Source: Bacteriovoracia bacterium
GTDB lineage: Bacteria > Bdellovibrionota > UBA1018 > CAIPTA01
Direction: 5' to 3'
DNA length: 64,000 nucleotides
Assembly: GCA_050246755.1 (NCBI GenBank)
Contig: JBFWVL010000001.1
Span: forward strand, 896,001-960,000
Positions 18,720 through 28,146 of the stretch are shown piece after piece. The notes under the pieces are model-generated. The model was not told the DNA's origin. It saw only the letters and a list, made by a program, of their open reading frames with translations, and did no database searches. The first letter of the stretch is position 1. Each line of letters starts with the position of its first letter. Position numbers and translations under genes: made by a program.

Positions 18720-20939
18720 ATGCTAAGCCGACGCCTACGCGGAGAGCGTGGACAGACCTCCCTGTTCATGGCGCTCTTCATCTCCACGATGATCCTGCTA
18801 TTCGCTTTTACGACGAATATCGGGATGCTTGTGCACGCGAAGATCAATTTACAAAATGCCGCCGACGCCGCCGCCTACGCAGGTGCCGCCGTACAGGCCC
18901 GACAGCTCACCGCCGTGGGCTACCTGAACTACGAGATGCGCCGAGCCCTGAAAGAATTTCTTTTTTACTATACGGTGCGCGGGCAGAACGCGGCCCTGCC
19001 CTGCTACCCCATGAATTCCGGCGGAGCGCTCAATCCCTTTGCCGGCTGCCCGCCTGTATCGGGTGATGCGCGCTATAACTTTCAAATCTTCGATCGTCGG
19101 GAAACCATCAACGAAACCGAAGGTGATTTTTTGCCCACGGTCTGCGTGATCTTCGATAAGGACAATAACTACTGCCAGAAAAAAGGCGTAGCGGGGATTC
19201 CGGAGTTTCCGAGCGGTGGCGGCTGGGGGGTGGCCGATCCGATCGTAGCCGCCGTTCGTGGCGCCACGAACCAGATTATCGATAAAAAGCTGGCCGACTG
19301 TTTCTCCCGTACGGATATTAACCGCCAATTTCTCATCGCTTGGCTTTTCAATCTCTATCCGATCCAAGATAGCCTATCCATGCTTCGCACTGGCCAAGAT
19401 GCCGACGACCCCTTCCCTTTCAGCAACGGCCTCGAGCGTATCGGAATTCTTCCCCGCATGGCCATCTTGCGCGCCCGCATCGATAACTACGAAGAAGTGC
19501 TCAACCTGAATCTCGAAGCGGAAGGATCCAGCCTCACGATCACCGAAGATTCGATCAATACGTTCCGCGGCCTCGTGAGTGAAAATAAAAAACTCGATTA
19601 CTTCGAGCGGCCGCTCCAATCCTTCCTTAGCGCCAAAAATAATTTGGTCGGCTTGGGCGACAATGGAATATTTTCCAATATCGAGCTCACGGAACTCTTG
19701 CCCACGAGCGCCGGCAGCGTTGCAGTGAATCCGGATCTTCGCAATCCCCCCATTCTAGCGCGATTCAACGAAATCGTGGGGCCGGTGGCCGTGGCGAATT
19801 CCAAATTTGAAACCATGACCGGCACCTCCGAAGACCGCGGTAACTGCCGGCAATTTCGTGAGCTTAGAATCATCCCGCGATTCCCCTTCGGGGTCACGAA
19901 GGACCCTAACGTGATTACCTACTACGCCGTCCGCCTCCAGGCGCGCGCAAGACTGCTATTTTCCCCCTTTGGAACCGATGGCACCGTGAGCCTCTCGGCC
20001 TATTCCGCGGCCAAGCCCTTTGGCAGTCGCGTGGGTAAGGACATTGGGCTGGATCAAAATCACCTCATGCTGGCCCAAGGTCTCCTCGAAAAGGGCGATA
20101 TTTCTACCCTCGGTTTTCCCAATCCTCTCGTTTCCGCCGACGATACCGATTCCGCTTTGGGCGGGTTCACGCGCCTGTCCCACCTTGGGTATATTCGCGC
20201 CGCCATGGCCTATACGAATCGGCTAGATATTGGGGCCCGCCTAGCTGGCGCATATGCACCCTGGGAAGTCGGGTATTATACGGTTCCCGCCAACTTCGAT
20301 GCCCCCGAGAGCATCGGTCTTTTTGAAGATAACCCCGTCTACCAAGGAAAGTATTTTGCCCTTAGTGCTCCCGTGGTTCCCGTAAACCAAAATGGTGGTA
20401 GCGGTGGCCTCGAATTTTTGCGCTCGCGGGTGGCAGGCTACCTCGTGGGCGATATTACTCAGCGAGATACCCTAGAACGCGGTCCTTTCGCGGCCTTTTT
20501 AGCGGCGGTTATGTCCGATGATAAGTGGGCGGCTCTTTTTGGGTTTATGGAAAGCCAGAATCAGATGCGTCACCATTTTATTCCCGACCCTCTCCTGAAC
20601 GACGAACCCGAGCTGCTCTCTTACGTAAAAGGCATTGGACCTCGTTTCACCGTGGCCGGAATGTCGCAGCCCCAGCGACGGCAGCTAACCTCCTGGAATA
20701 ACCAAAAAACCGCCCTAGACGCCGACCTCGGTATCGCGGCCAATTCCGAGCTCGGACTGGATATAGGGCGTAGCGGTTATTCCGTACGTTTCGTGTCCTT
20801 TAAAACCCTCCAGGCGGGCGGAAGAGCCACTAATGATCCAAGCCAAATTGGACTCCAGTGGTCCAATCCCTTTAATCGTTTTGGCGCCGGCGATTCGGCC
20901 GCACGTATCCAAGATGACCTTCGCAAAATAAAACACTAG
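18720..20939 (+). CDS. TadG-like pilus-associated protein with Tad N-terminal domain
   Basis: ERG|Q prepilin-like leader, hydrophobic helix, then LQNAADAAAYAGA; long Cys-containing extracytoplasmic part. Confidence 0.75.
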   Translation: MLSRRLRGERGQTSLFMALFISTMILLFAFTTNIGMLVHAKINLQNAADAAAYAGAAVQARQLTAVGYLNYEMRRALKEFLFYYTVRGQNAALPCYPMNSGGALNPFAGCPPVSGDARYNFQIFDRRETINETEGDFLPTVCVIFDKDNNYCQKKGVAGIPEFPSGGGWGVADPIVAAVRGATNQIIDKKLADCFSRTDINRQFLIAWLFNLYPIQDSLSMLRTGQDADDPFPFSNGLERIGILPRMAILRARIDNYEEVLNLNLEAEGSSLTITEDSINTFRGLVSENKKLDYFERPLQSFLSAKNNLVGLGDNGIFSNIELTELLPTSAGSVAVNPDLRNPPILARFNEIVGPVAVANSKFETMTGTSEDRGNCRQFRELRIIPRFPFGVTKDPNVITYYAVRLQARARLLFSPFGTDGTVSLSAYSAAKPFGSRVGKDIGLDQNHLMLAQGLLEKGDISTLGFPNPLVSADDTDSALGGFTRLSHLGYIRAAMAYTNRLDIGARLAGAYAPWEVGYYTVPANFDAPESIGLFEDNPVYQGKYFALSAPVVPVNQNGGSGGLEFLRSRVAGYLVGDITQRDTLERGPFAAFLAAVMSDDKWAALFGFMESQNQMRHHFIPDPLLNDEPELLSYVKGIGPRFTVAGMSQPQRRQLTSWNNQKTALDADLGIAANSELGLDIGRSGYSVRFVSFKTLQAGGRATNDPSQIGLQWSNPFNRFGAGDSAARIQDDLRKIKH

Positions 20940-21026
20940 TAGTTGTCAAATCGTTTCCGTCATGGGAAGACTGAGTGGGCTCATTCCCGAGTGTTCAACT
21001 TTTTATCAAACGTTTTAGGAGCAGTT

Positions 21027-21443
21027 ATGGCCAAGAAAAAGACCAAAAAAACCGCGAAGAAACCGGCTAAAAAAGCCGCGAAAAAAACCGCGAAGAAAGC
21101 CACCAAAAAAGCGGCTACCAAAAAAACCGCAAAAAAAGCGGCCCCAAAAAAGACGGCTAAAAAAGCGGCAGCTCCCAAAAAGACTGCGAAAAAAGCAGCG
21201 CCGAAAAAAGACACGATGAAGAAGGCCGCCGTTGGCGCAGCCGCGGCTGGCGTTGCCGGCGCTTCCCTTTTCAAGGCAGAAGAATTTCAAGAGAAAAACC
21301 GCAGTGGCTTCGGCGTAGCCGCCGAAGGCGAAGAAGCGGAAGAAGGCACGGAGAGCTGGGAAGAGTTCAACGAAGAAGAAGCCGACGATGAAGAAGAAGA
21401 AGGCGATGACCCTTGGTCTCCTTCTAAATTCGACGAGGAATAG
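21027..21443 (+). CDS. Histone H1-like Lys/Ala-rich protein with an acidic C-terminal tail
   Basis: ATG 21027 after AGGAG; repeated KKTA/KKAA/KKAAP units, then an E/D-rich tail. Confidence 0.8.
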   Translation: MAKKKTKKTAKKPAKKAAKKTAKKATKKAATKKTAKKAAPKKTAKKAAAPKKTAKKAAPKKDTMKKAAVGAAAAGVAGASLFKAEEFQEKNRSGFGVAAEGEEAEEGTESWEEFNEEEADDEEEEGDDPWSPSKFDEE

Positions 21444-21449
21444 GATTTT

Positions 21450-21728
21450 ATGGCAAACGTAAAACAAGCAGAGAAACGTAACCGTCAGAACATTAAGCGC
21501 CGTGAGCGTAACCGCTCTAACCGCTCGATCGTGAAGACCGCCACCGCTAAAGCAGTGGATGCAATTCGCAGCGACGCAAAATCAGCTGCCAAAGTTTTGA
21601 TCGAATCGTCTTCGATCATCGCCAAGGCTGCTCACAAAGGAGCGCTTCCTAAGGGCCGCGCCTCCCGCAAAATTTCGCGTCTCGCAAAAGCCCTCAATAA
21701 AGCTACCGCTAGTTCCAAGAGCGCATAA
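21450..21728 (+). CDS. rpsT: 30S ribosomal protein S20
   Basis: MANVKQAEKRNRQ...KG...ASRKISRL. Confidence 0.96.
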   Translation: MANVKQAEKRNRQNIKRRERNRSNRSIVKTATAKAVDAIRSDAKSAAKVLIESSSIIAKAAHKGALPKGRASRKISRLAKALNKATASSKSA

Positions 21729-21756
21729 GTTAAGTTCAGAACACATCTAAAACGGG

Positions 21757-21792
21757 CAAAAGCCGCTGATCGTTCAGCGGCTTTTGTTTTTT
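21757..21792. terminator. Intrinsic terminator between rpsT and holA, probably bidirectional
   Basis: CAAAAGCCGCTGA-tcgt-TCAGCGGCTTTTG followed by a T run. Confidence 0.9.
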
Positions 21793-21806
21793 GCGCGAAG
21801 AAAATA

Positions 21807-22814
21807 TCAGGCAGTTAACTGCAGAACCAGCCGGGTTACAATATGGCTGTTAGGCAGCCTGGAACTCTTTAAGAGCGCATCTGCTTCGGCTAGCCGTGCT
21901 AGCCCCTGGATCACGCCTTTTCCGCCCAAGCGGCGGGAAGCGGGCAGCAATACTTTAGCGGCACCAGGAAAAATCCCCCACTCCGAGGTAATACTCGTAT
22001 CGCTTTTACCTTCTGCCCTGGAGGCAAGGATCCCCAGCAGCCAGCGATATTGCCGGGCCAGCAGCCCTACCAGGGCAATCGGCTCTTCCCCTTGCCGCAG
22101 CAAGCTCTCCAATAAAGCGAGCGCCGCTCCCCGGTCGCCAGAAAGCACTCCGCCACTAAAACCAAAAACATCTTCGGGAGAAACCTTGAAGCCAACGGCG
22201 GCGATATGCTCTTTCTTAATTTCCAGATGCTCTCCAGCATACAGCGCCGCGCGATCGAGGGCGTGCTTCAGCTCGGATAGCGATCCTCCGCTATTCCAGT
22301 CCACTAGCAATTGCCGCGCATCGGGTGCGAGCTCTTTGCCACAGTCCCGAAGAAAGGATTGCAGCCACAAATTCCATTCTCCCCCTACGGCCGGCTCCAG
22401 CTTTACCTGCACCACCGCCTCGCCGGCCTTGGCCACTGCCTGGAAAAACTTTACGCGCCCGTCTACTTTGCTGGCCTGAATGAGCAGCGTGCAACGCTCG
22501 GGCGGATCCTGAATCAGGGGCAGAAGAATCTCCCATTGTTTCGCGGAAACTCTTTCTCCGTGACGGATCAGAATCATTTTTTGCGGGTCCCAGAGCGATA
22601 GCGTGCGAGCATCGTCGAGCAATCGCTCCGGCTCAAGCTCATCTCCGTAGAGAATGTCCTTTACGGGATTAGCAGACCCGGCAAAAAGGACCGCGGCGAC
22701 TTGATCGGCGTAGTGATCCTGCTTAAAAGTATCCTCGCCAACGAAGAGATAAAACCCGCGAAGCTTCTTCTTCTGTAGCTCTTCCTTAATACGGTTTTCG
22801 CTAAGAACGGCCAT
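21807..22814 (-). CDS. holA: DNA polymerase III delta subunit
   Basis: YLFVGED N-terminal motif, GEEPIALVGLL, DALLKSS; lptE-holA-rpsT synteny. Confidence 0.9.
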   Translation of the reverse strand: MAVLSENRIKEELQKKKLRGFYLFVGEDTFKQDHYADQVAAVLFAGSANPVKDILYGDELEPERLLDDARTLSLWDPQKMILIRHGERVSAKQWEILLPLIQDPPERCTLLIQASKVDGRVKFFQAVAKAGEAVVQVKLEPAVGGEWNLWLQSFLRDCGKELAPDARQLLVDWNSGGSLSELKHALDRAALYAGEHLEIKKEHIAAVGFKVSPEDVFGFSGGVLSGDRGAALALLESLLRQGEEPIALVGLLARQYRWLLGILASRAEGKSDTSITSEWGIFPGAAKVLLPASRRLGGKGVIQGLARLAEADALLKSSRLPNSHIVTRLVLQLTA

Positions 22815-22816
22815 AA

Positions 22817-23383
22817 TTAAAAGATATCAATCATTCGTTGATAAACGCTGGCCATCATCTGCGAGGCCAAAAACTGGATGGCTAAGCGCTGCTCGCTATC
22901 GTTCAAAAGAGAATTCGTAGCACCGGCGTCTCCGATATTGGTAGCACCGGGGTAAATTTTTGCCCCAGTTTCCGAACGAGTGAAAAGCACGCGACCGAAG
23001 GTATCCGTCAATCGTACGTCGCAAGTAACCGAGGCACTGAACTGTGTTCCCACGCTCACTTGTTCATTCAGCTCGGTATTGAGCACCACGGCCTTCTGGT
23101 CGGCCAAAGAGGTGTCCGCAGCCATTACTTCTCCGCTTAAAACGGCATCGGCCTCTTTTTCGGAATTCACTAATTGAAAGGACCGGGACTTCTGGATTTC
23201 CCGGATTATGGCCGTGGTAAAAAGATTTTCCACGCCAGGGCGATACGTGCGGTTTTTGAAACTAGTTACGTAGATCTTCTCAATCCCAACTTTTTGAAGG
23301 GGGTTTTTTCGATCTTGAAAATGGTAGGCACAGCCCGAAAATAGGCCGATTGCGCACAGCAGAAAAAGCAGCTTTCCCTTCAT
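22817..23383 (-). CDS. lptE: LPS assembly lipoprotein LptE-like
   Basis: Lipobox FSGC-AYHF, F.NRT..PG.E, ADAVLSG; directly upstream of holA; start ATG 23383. Confidence 0.8.
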   Translation of the reverse strand: MKGKLLFLLCAIGLFSGCAYHFQDRKNPLQKVGIEKIYVTSFKNRTYRPGVENLFTTAIIREIQKSRSFQLVNSEKEADAVLSGEVMAADTSLADQKAVVLNTELNEQVSVGTQFSASVTCDVRLTDTFGRVLFTRSETGAKIYPGATNIGDAGATNSLLNDSEQRLAIQFLASQMMASVYQRMIDIF

Positions 23384-23421
23384 GCCTTGTATGTAACATA
23401 GAACCACTGCTACAAGAACGC

Positions 23422-23739
23422 ATGGACAAACGCTCCAAGAAAAAAAGCGGTCCACTCCGGATCGGAGAGGTTCTCCAAGACTTTCTGAAAACCTCCATGC
23501 CTAAAGCCGTGGGCGAGGAAGTGCGCGTATTTGGGGCCTGGCCCAAAGCCGTAGGCCAAGATATTTCCAAGCAGGCCAAACCGGTGGGTTTCCGGAATGG
23601 AATCCTATTTGTAGAAACCCAGCATCCCATTTGGACCACCGAACTCACGGCGAAGCGCCATCAGATACAAAAAAAACTAAACGAAGCACTGGGCCAAGAG
23701 ATGGTGCGCGATATTCATTTTCGCCAGGCGCGGTTTTAG
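23422..23739 (+). CDS. dciA: DUF721/DciA-family protein
   Basis: W..AVG..I, GILFV, PIWTTEL, KLNEALG...V.DIHF; start ATG 23422. Confidence 0.8.
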   Translation: MDKRSKKKSGPLRIGEVLQDFLKTSMPKAVGEEVRVFGAWPKAVGQDISKQAKPVGFRNGILFVETQHPIWTTELTAKRHQIQKKLNEALGQEMVRDIHFRQARF

Positions 23740-24929
23740 CCGGAGCTAACCCAAGGCCGGCAAAGAAGGCCCAAGGTAGGCTTGGGCACGAAACGCGTGG
23801 ATTTTCGCGGCATACGCGAGCGCCCGAGAGCGATCGCCCGCACTTGAGCGGGAGTGGAGGCGGGCAGAAAAAAACCAACCTGGGCCTGATCCAGCGCAAG
23901 CTGCTCGAGTAGCAGGGCCAGGCCCGAGACCGGAATGGCCGTTATTTGAGCGTGTTGATTTAACACTGCAAAATCCAGGCAGGCTACTGGTAGCATTTGC
24001 AATTCAGGCACTTCTTTTTGTGCCCGTGGCAAATGAACCAGCCTTGGCTTTTCGTGGTGCGAATGCAATACCACGCAGTGAGGTTCGCTGGACTGATACG
24101 AAGCCAAAAATTCTGCAATATTGCCCACGCGCAATTCTTCCGGCTCACTTATCCGGCAACCCGAACGCTCCAAATCAGCCAGCAAAACCTCAGGCAACAT
24201 CCAGCGTTCGTAGTGAACGGCACGATGAATTGGCAAAATGAGAGTATCGGAACGGGCCATAGAGCAAATACAGGCAAGAATTTTCCCATCACCAAGGCCC
24301 ACCCGAGCATTTTCTTTGGCGGCAGCAAGGCGATGATGGCCATCTAGAAGAAAAAGCGGGGCGCCAGAAAATAACGCCTGAATTTTTTTCGTGAATGCGG
24401 GATCAGTAAGATCCCATACCGAGTGGTGTCCGTATTTTTCGCTGGAAAAAGAAAGCATCGCCTTGCGGCCCTGGCACGCGCCCTCCAAAATGGCGTGAAG
24501 CTCTCCGCCGATGCTCTCTTCGCATCCCACAAAAATTGGGGCCATATCCGCTTCACAGGCTTCCGTTCCTTGGCGCGCGCGTTCTACCCCTTCCGTCAAT
24601 ACGTCCTCATGCACGAATAGCTGTGGCTCGTGCACGTCCAGAGCCACATACACCGCCCACCGATCGACGGCTTGCCCATCTACTTCTTGGCGTTGGTGAA
24701 GGGCATAAAAAGAAGGATCGTCCGACAATTCAATATCGCCACCCGAAATCCAGGCCTGCCAGGCTTCGCCGCGCTGCTCGGGAAATCCCACCAGCACGTT
24801 GCGAAAAGCACGAGAATAATCAGGCCCGCCCCATAGATGCTCGGCAGTGTCCAGATCGGAAACGGTTAGATCAGCCAAGCGCGGGCGATGCTTTGCGGAA
24901 TAGTACGCGGCTTGAAAAGGATGCAGCAT
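23736..24929 (-). CDS. DUF1015-family protein
   Basis: LHPF, HE, PIF, DGHHR, ILPIHR and MPRKSTRFVPKP motifs. Confidence 0.85.
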   Translation of the reverse strand: MLHPFQAAYYSAKHRPRLADLTVSDLDTAEHLWGGPDYSRAFRNVLVGFPEQRGEAWQAWISGGDIELSDDPSFYALHQRQEVDGQAVDRWAVYVALDVHEPQLFVHEDVLTEGVERARQGTEACEADMAPIFVGCEESIGGELHAILEGACQGRKAMLSFSSEKYGHHSVWDLTDPAFTKKIQALFSGAPLFLLDGHHRLAAAKENARVGLGDGKILACICSMARSDTLILPIHRAVHYERWMLPEVLLADLERSGCRISEPEELRVGNIAEFLASYQSSEPHCVVLHSHHEKPRLVHLPRAQKEVPELQMLPVACLDFAVLNQHAQITAIPVSGLALLLEQLALDQAQVGFFLPASTPAQVRAIALGRSRMPRKSTRFVPKPTLGLLCRPWVSSG

Positions 24930-24938
24930 GCGCGGGCC

Positions 24939-27008
24939 TCAGAAGGGAAGATTTTCCATGATCTCGTCGGAAAATACTTCCTGTTGGCCCATACGGTCAA
25001 GCGCGCGCACGGCGGTGAGGTCGAATGGATCTTTACGAAGGGCATTGGTCAGCTTAGTTTGCGCGTCGGCTTTTTTTCCGCTCTCTAAAAGGCGTTCCCC
25101 GAGTAAGGCCCAACCTTCGCTGCGCCCCGGAGAAGAAACCGTAAGGACTTCAAACATCTTTTGGGCAAGCGGAGATCGATCGAGCTTCACGTAGGCTTTG
25201 CCCAACATGAAGGGAACCGAAAAACCCATTTTGTCTTTCGGTACGTCGCGAAATAGTTCCACAATCTCAGCGTAACGGCCTTCTTTCCAGCGATGGTATC
25301 CCATAGCTTTAAGCACGCTAAAGTCCCCATTTGCCGAGGACATCGCTCCTTCGAGAATTTTCCCGGCTTCGCCAGTACGGTTTTGCAAGCAGGAAAGAAT
25401 CGCATCAACGGCCATGATCAGCGGCGATGGCTTACTGCCCATCGGTCCATCTAAATTGAGCTCGCGGATCCAGCTACGAGCGGAATTATAAAATTCGGGG
25501 GCCTGCATTTTTCGGAAATTAATGATGCGCGAAGGCGGATCAAGGTCCGGAGCGGAATCTACGAACGCGCGGAAATCAGTTTCAGATCCACGAAAACCAA
25601 TGCGGCGCAGGCGGTGAATCGCCAAACCCAGCCGGGATTTGGCCGAAGAAGGATCAGCGGAGATGGCCCGCAAAAAGGCCGCTTCGGAAATATCTCTCGA
25701 TTTCGGATCCAGCTCATAAGCCCACCCCAGAGCAAAGGAGGCGTCGGCAAAAAGAGGATCGTCTTCTCGTAGGGAATTGGCCAACGGGGCAATAACCGTC
25801 ATTGCTTCTTCGCCCTTATTAGAGCGCAGGAGGGCAACGGCTAAGTTGTATTTATACATCGGTACGTTCGGCTCAGCGGCGATCAGCTTGCGCAGAATTT
25901 CCGCAGCAGCCTCGGGATCGCGGTCAAAAACATACATGGCGAACAGATTTTCAATCTCATTTTTCGTGCGGACATCAGTAGCCACCGCGCGCACCTGCTG
26001 CAAATTACTCAGCGCACCCTCGGAATCGAATAGAAACTCGCGCTTCACCAAAGCCTGAGCGACGCCGAGAAAAACTTTCTCCTTCCCGGTGGAAGCGGAT
26101 TCCATCGAGGAAATAGCCTCCTTCGCCCCTTGAAGGTCGTATAACGCCAGGGAACGCTTCAGCGCCTCCTCGGGAGTTAAATTACTTTGCTTAATGGCAG
26201 TTACCGCCGCTTTGGGTTTCTCGGCGGTCTGGTTCTTGGAGAACCATATGTAACCTAAGAATCCCGCAATCATAAACGCCACGATGCCTATCGTGGTGTT
26301 AAAATGCCGCTGGCGCTTGGCGGCGGCGGCCTCTTCGCTTTCAATTGAGAGAATATTGGGAGGGCTTTCGTTTTTTTCGATCGGAACCTGCACCATGCTG
26401 GAGCCAACGCCCGCAGCTCTCTCGGGCCCGCGCATAAGCGTATTAATGGGCTTAGGCCGAGACCCCTGGAAGTCCTTCAGTTCGCTGGGCAAGGTATCCG
26501 CCTTCACCGTGGCTCGCTTGAGCATTTCGTCGGCCGCTTTTCCATCAAAAGTGGGCATTTCATCGGGCGTAGGTTCGGAAGGCAACGGTGCCGCAGTGGA
26601 AGTATCGGTCACGAGCGAAAGATCTTCGAATTCGCCGAATTCCTCCGCCATCTCCTGATTCAGCCACTCGGCACCCGAAACTTTCTCTTCCACCAAACTT
26701 TTAGCGTTGGGCGTAGATAAAAATTTAGTGGCCTCTTCCGGCTCGGGATCCGAGTGCGTCAGCGTGGCCGTCATCTGGGTTTGCCGCTCTTCTTCCGGCG
26801 GAGCTTCGAGGCCAAGCTCAGGGAAAAAACGGGCTAGCTCAATTTTTTCTTCCACCGCAAACCAATAAGAATTCGCGCGCGACAGTTCCGTTTTGTTCTT
26901 TAATTGTTTTTTCTTGATTAGGTTAAGCACTTCTAGATGCTTAAATGGACCACGAATTGTATTGCTTACGTCGCGAATCAGCCAAATATTTTGGTCCTTA
27001 TTTTCCAT
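24939..27008 (-). CDS. GYF-like domain, acidic linker, single TM and periplasmic TPR protein
   Basis: WLIR....IRGPF....V..LI...W N-terminus; TM TTIGIVAFMIAGFLGYIWF; TPR-like helices (YNLAVA, LGWAY, LGKAY). Confidence 0.75.
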   Translation of the reverse strand: MENKDQNIWLIRDVSNTIRGPFKHLEVLNLIKKKQLKNKTELSRANSYWFAVEEKIELARFFPELGLEAPPEEERQTQMTATLTHSDPEPEEATKFLSTPNAKSLVEEKVSGAEWLNQEMAEEFGEFEDLSLVTDTSTAAPLPSEPTPDEMPTFDGKAADEMLKRATVKADTLPSELKDFQGSRPKPINTLMRGPERAAGVGSSMVQVPIEKNESPPNILSIESEEAAAAKRQRHFNTTIGIVAFMIAGFLGYIWFSKNQTAEKPKAAVTAIKQSNLTPEEALKRSLALYDLQGAKEAISSMESASTGKEKVFLGVAQALVKREFLFDSEGALSNLQQVRAVATDVRTKNEIENLFAMYVFDRDPEAAAEILRKLIAAEPNVPMYKYNLAVALLRSNKGEEAMTVIAPLANSLREDDPLFADASFALGWAYELDPKSRDISEAAFLRAISADPSSAKSRLGLAIHRLRRIGFRGSETDFRAFVDSAPDLDPPSRIINFRKMQAPEFYNSARSWIRELNLDGPMGSKPSPLIMAVDAILSCLQNRTGEAGKILEGAMSSANGDFSVLKAMGYHRWKEGRYAEIVELFRDVPKDKMGFSVPFMLGKAYVKLDRSPLAQKMFEVLTVSSPGRSEGWALLGERLLESGKKADAQTKLTNALRKDPFDLTAVRALDRMGQQEVFSDEIMENLPF

Positions 27009-28146
27009 CGCGGAAGATCCTTGGCACTCTGGCCGAAATACCAGTTAGAATTTCCCAGGAAATACTTTTTGCGTGGCCAGCCAGCTCTCCGGCAGTTATC
27101 CGATCCGCCCCATCGCGGCCGAGTAAAGTGGCTCGGTCTTCGGCGGAAATTCCAGGAACACGAGATACGTCGATGGCGGTAAGATCCATGCTCACCGCAC
27201 CAATCACGGGGCATCGCTTGCCCCGGATCAAAACTTCGGCTTTATTAGAAAAAGCGCGGCGATACCCATCGCCATAGCCCACGCCGAGAATTGCCATCCG
27301 CATTTTTTTCTTCGCGCGGAAGTGCGGCCCGTATCCAACCGGATCTCCCTTTTTCAAATCGCGCACCTGATATACCTGCGCCGTCCAGCGCGCGATCGGG
27401 TGAAGCTCCTCGTCGTCGGCGCCGTAGAGATGCAGGCCGATTCTGGCGAGATTGCCGCCTGGATAGGCACCGGCAGCGAGGCCCGCGGAATTGGCCATAT
27501 GCCGATAGCGAGGATTGATGCCGTGCTTGGCGAACTCCGCCACGATCGAATCAAATGATTTTACTTGAGCGCGAGTGAGCGGAAGGCGCGCTTTCTCTCC
27601 GGCCGCAAAATGGCTCATCAAACCTTGAACGTCGATTCCCGGCGAGGCCCGCAATATTTTTAAGCATTCCGCGATCTCGCTAGGATCGATTCCTAGCCGA
27701 TTCATTCCCGTATTGAACTTTAAGTGAACGGAACGTGTTCCGGTTGCCTCACGCAGCGTTCGGCTGAGCTGACGCAAGACGTTCAGCGAAGAGATTACGG
27801 GAAGGAGATCGCAAGTTTGGAGGCAACGATGCAGCTCTTCATTGTACTGTTGTATGCCAGATAAAATATAAATTGGGCGTGTGATTCCCTCACGCCGTAG
27901 CTCTATTCCTTCTTCTACGTTAGCCACGCCATACCCGTGCAGAAGCGCATCTGCTGGAAGCTTTTCCAACGCAGCGGCAATATCTCGGTGGGAGTGGCCA
28001 TAGGCGTCGCTCTTCAAAAGCACGAGCATTTCTGCGCCGCGCGCGCGTTTTAAAAGCTTACGGTAGTTTTTTTCAAGAAGGCCGAGATCGATCTCGAGCG
28101 TCGTTTGACGCACTTGCCAGGTTCGGCCCTGAGGAACCTTTTCCAT
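26998..28146 (-). CDS. alr: Alanine racemase
   Basis: LLKSDAYGH PLP-lysine motif, HLKFNTGMNRLG, MSHFA, GYGDGY, VSMD; alternative start GTG 28113. Confidence 0.95.
   Translation of the reverse strand: MEKVPQGRTWQVRQTTLEIDLGLLEKNYRKLLKRARGAEMLVLLKSDAYGHSHRDIAAALEKLPADALLHGYGVANVEEGIELRREGITRPIYILSGIQQYNEELHRCLQTCDLLPVISSLNVLRQLSRTLREATGTRSVHLKFNTGMNRLGIDPSEIAECLKILRASPGIDVQGLMSHFAAGEKARLPLTRAQVKSFDSIVAEFAKHGINPRYRHMANSAGLAAGAYPGGNLARIGLHLYGADDEELHPIARWTAQVYQVRDLKKGDPVGYGPHFRAKKKMRMAILGVGYGDGYRRAFSNKAEVLIRGKRCPVIGAVSMDLTAIDVSRVPGISAEDRATLLGRDGADRITAGELAGHAKSISWEILTGISARVPRIFRDGK

Noticed and set aside
20981-21467. Hydrophobic Phe/Ala-rich ORFs on the - strand
   Set aside because: Reverse-complement of the AAA/AAG-rich H1-like gene.
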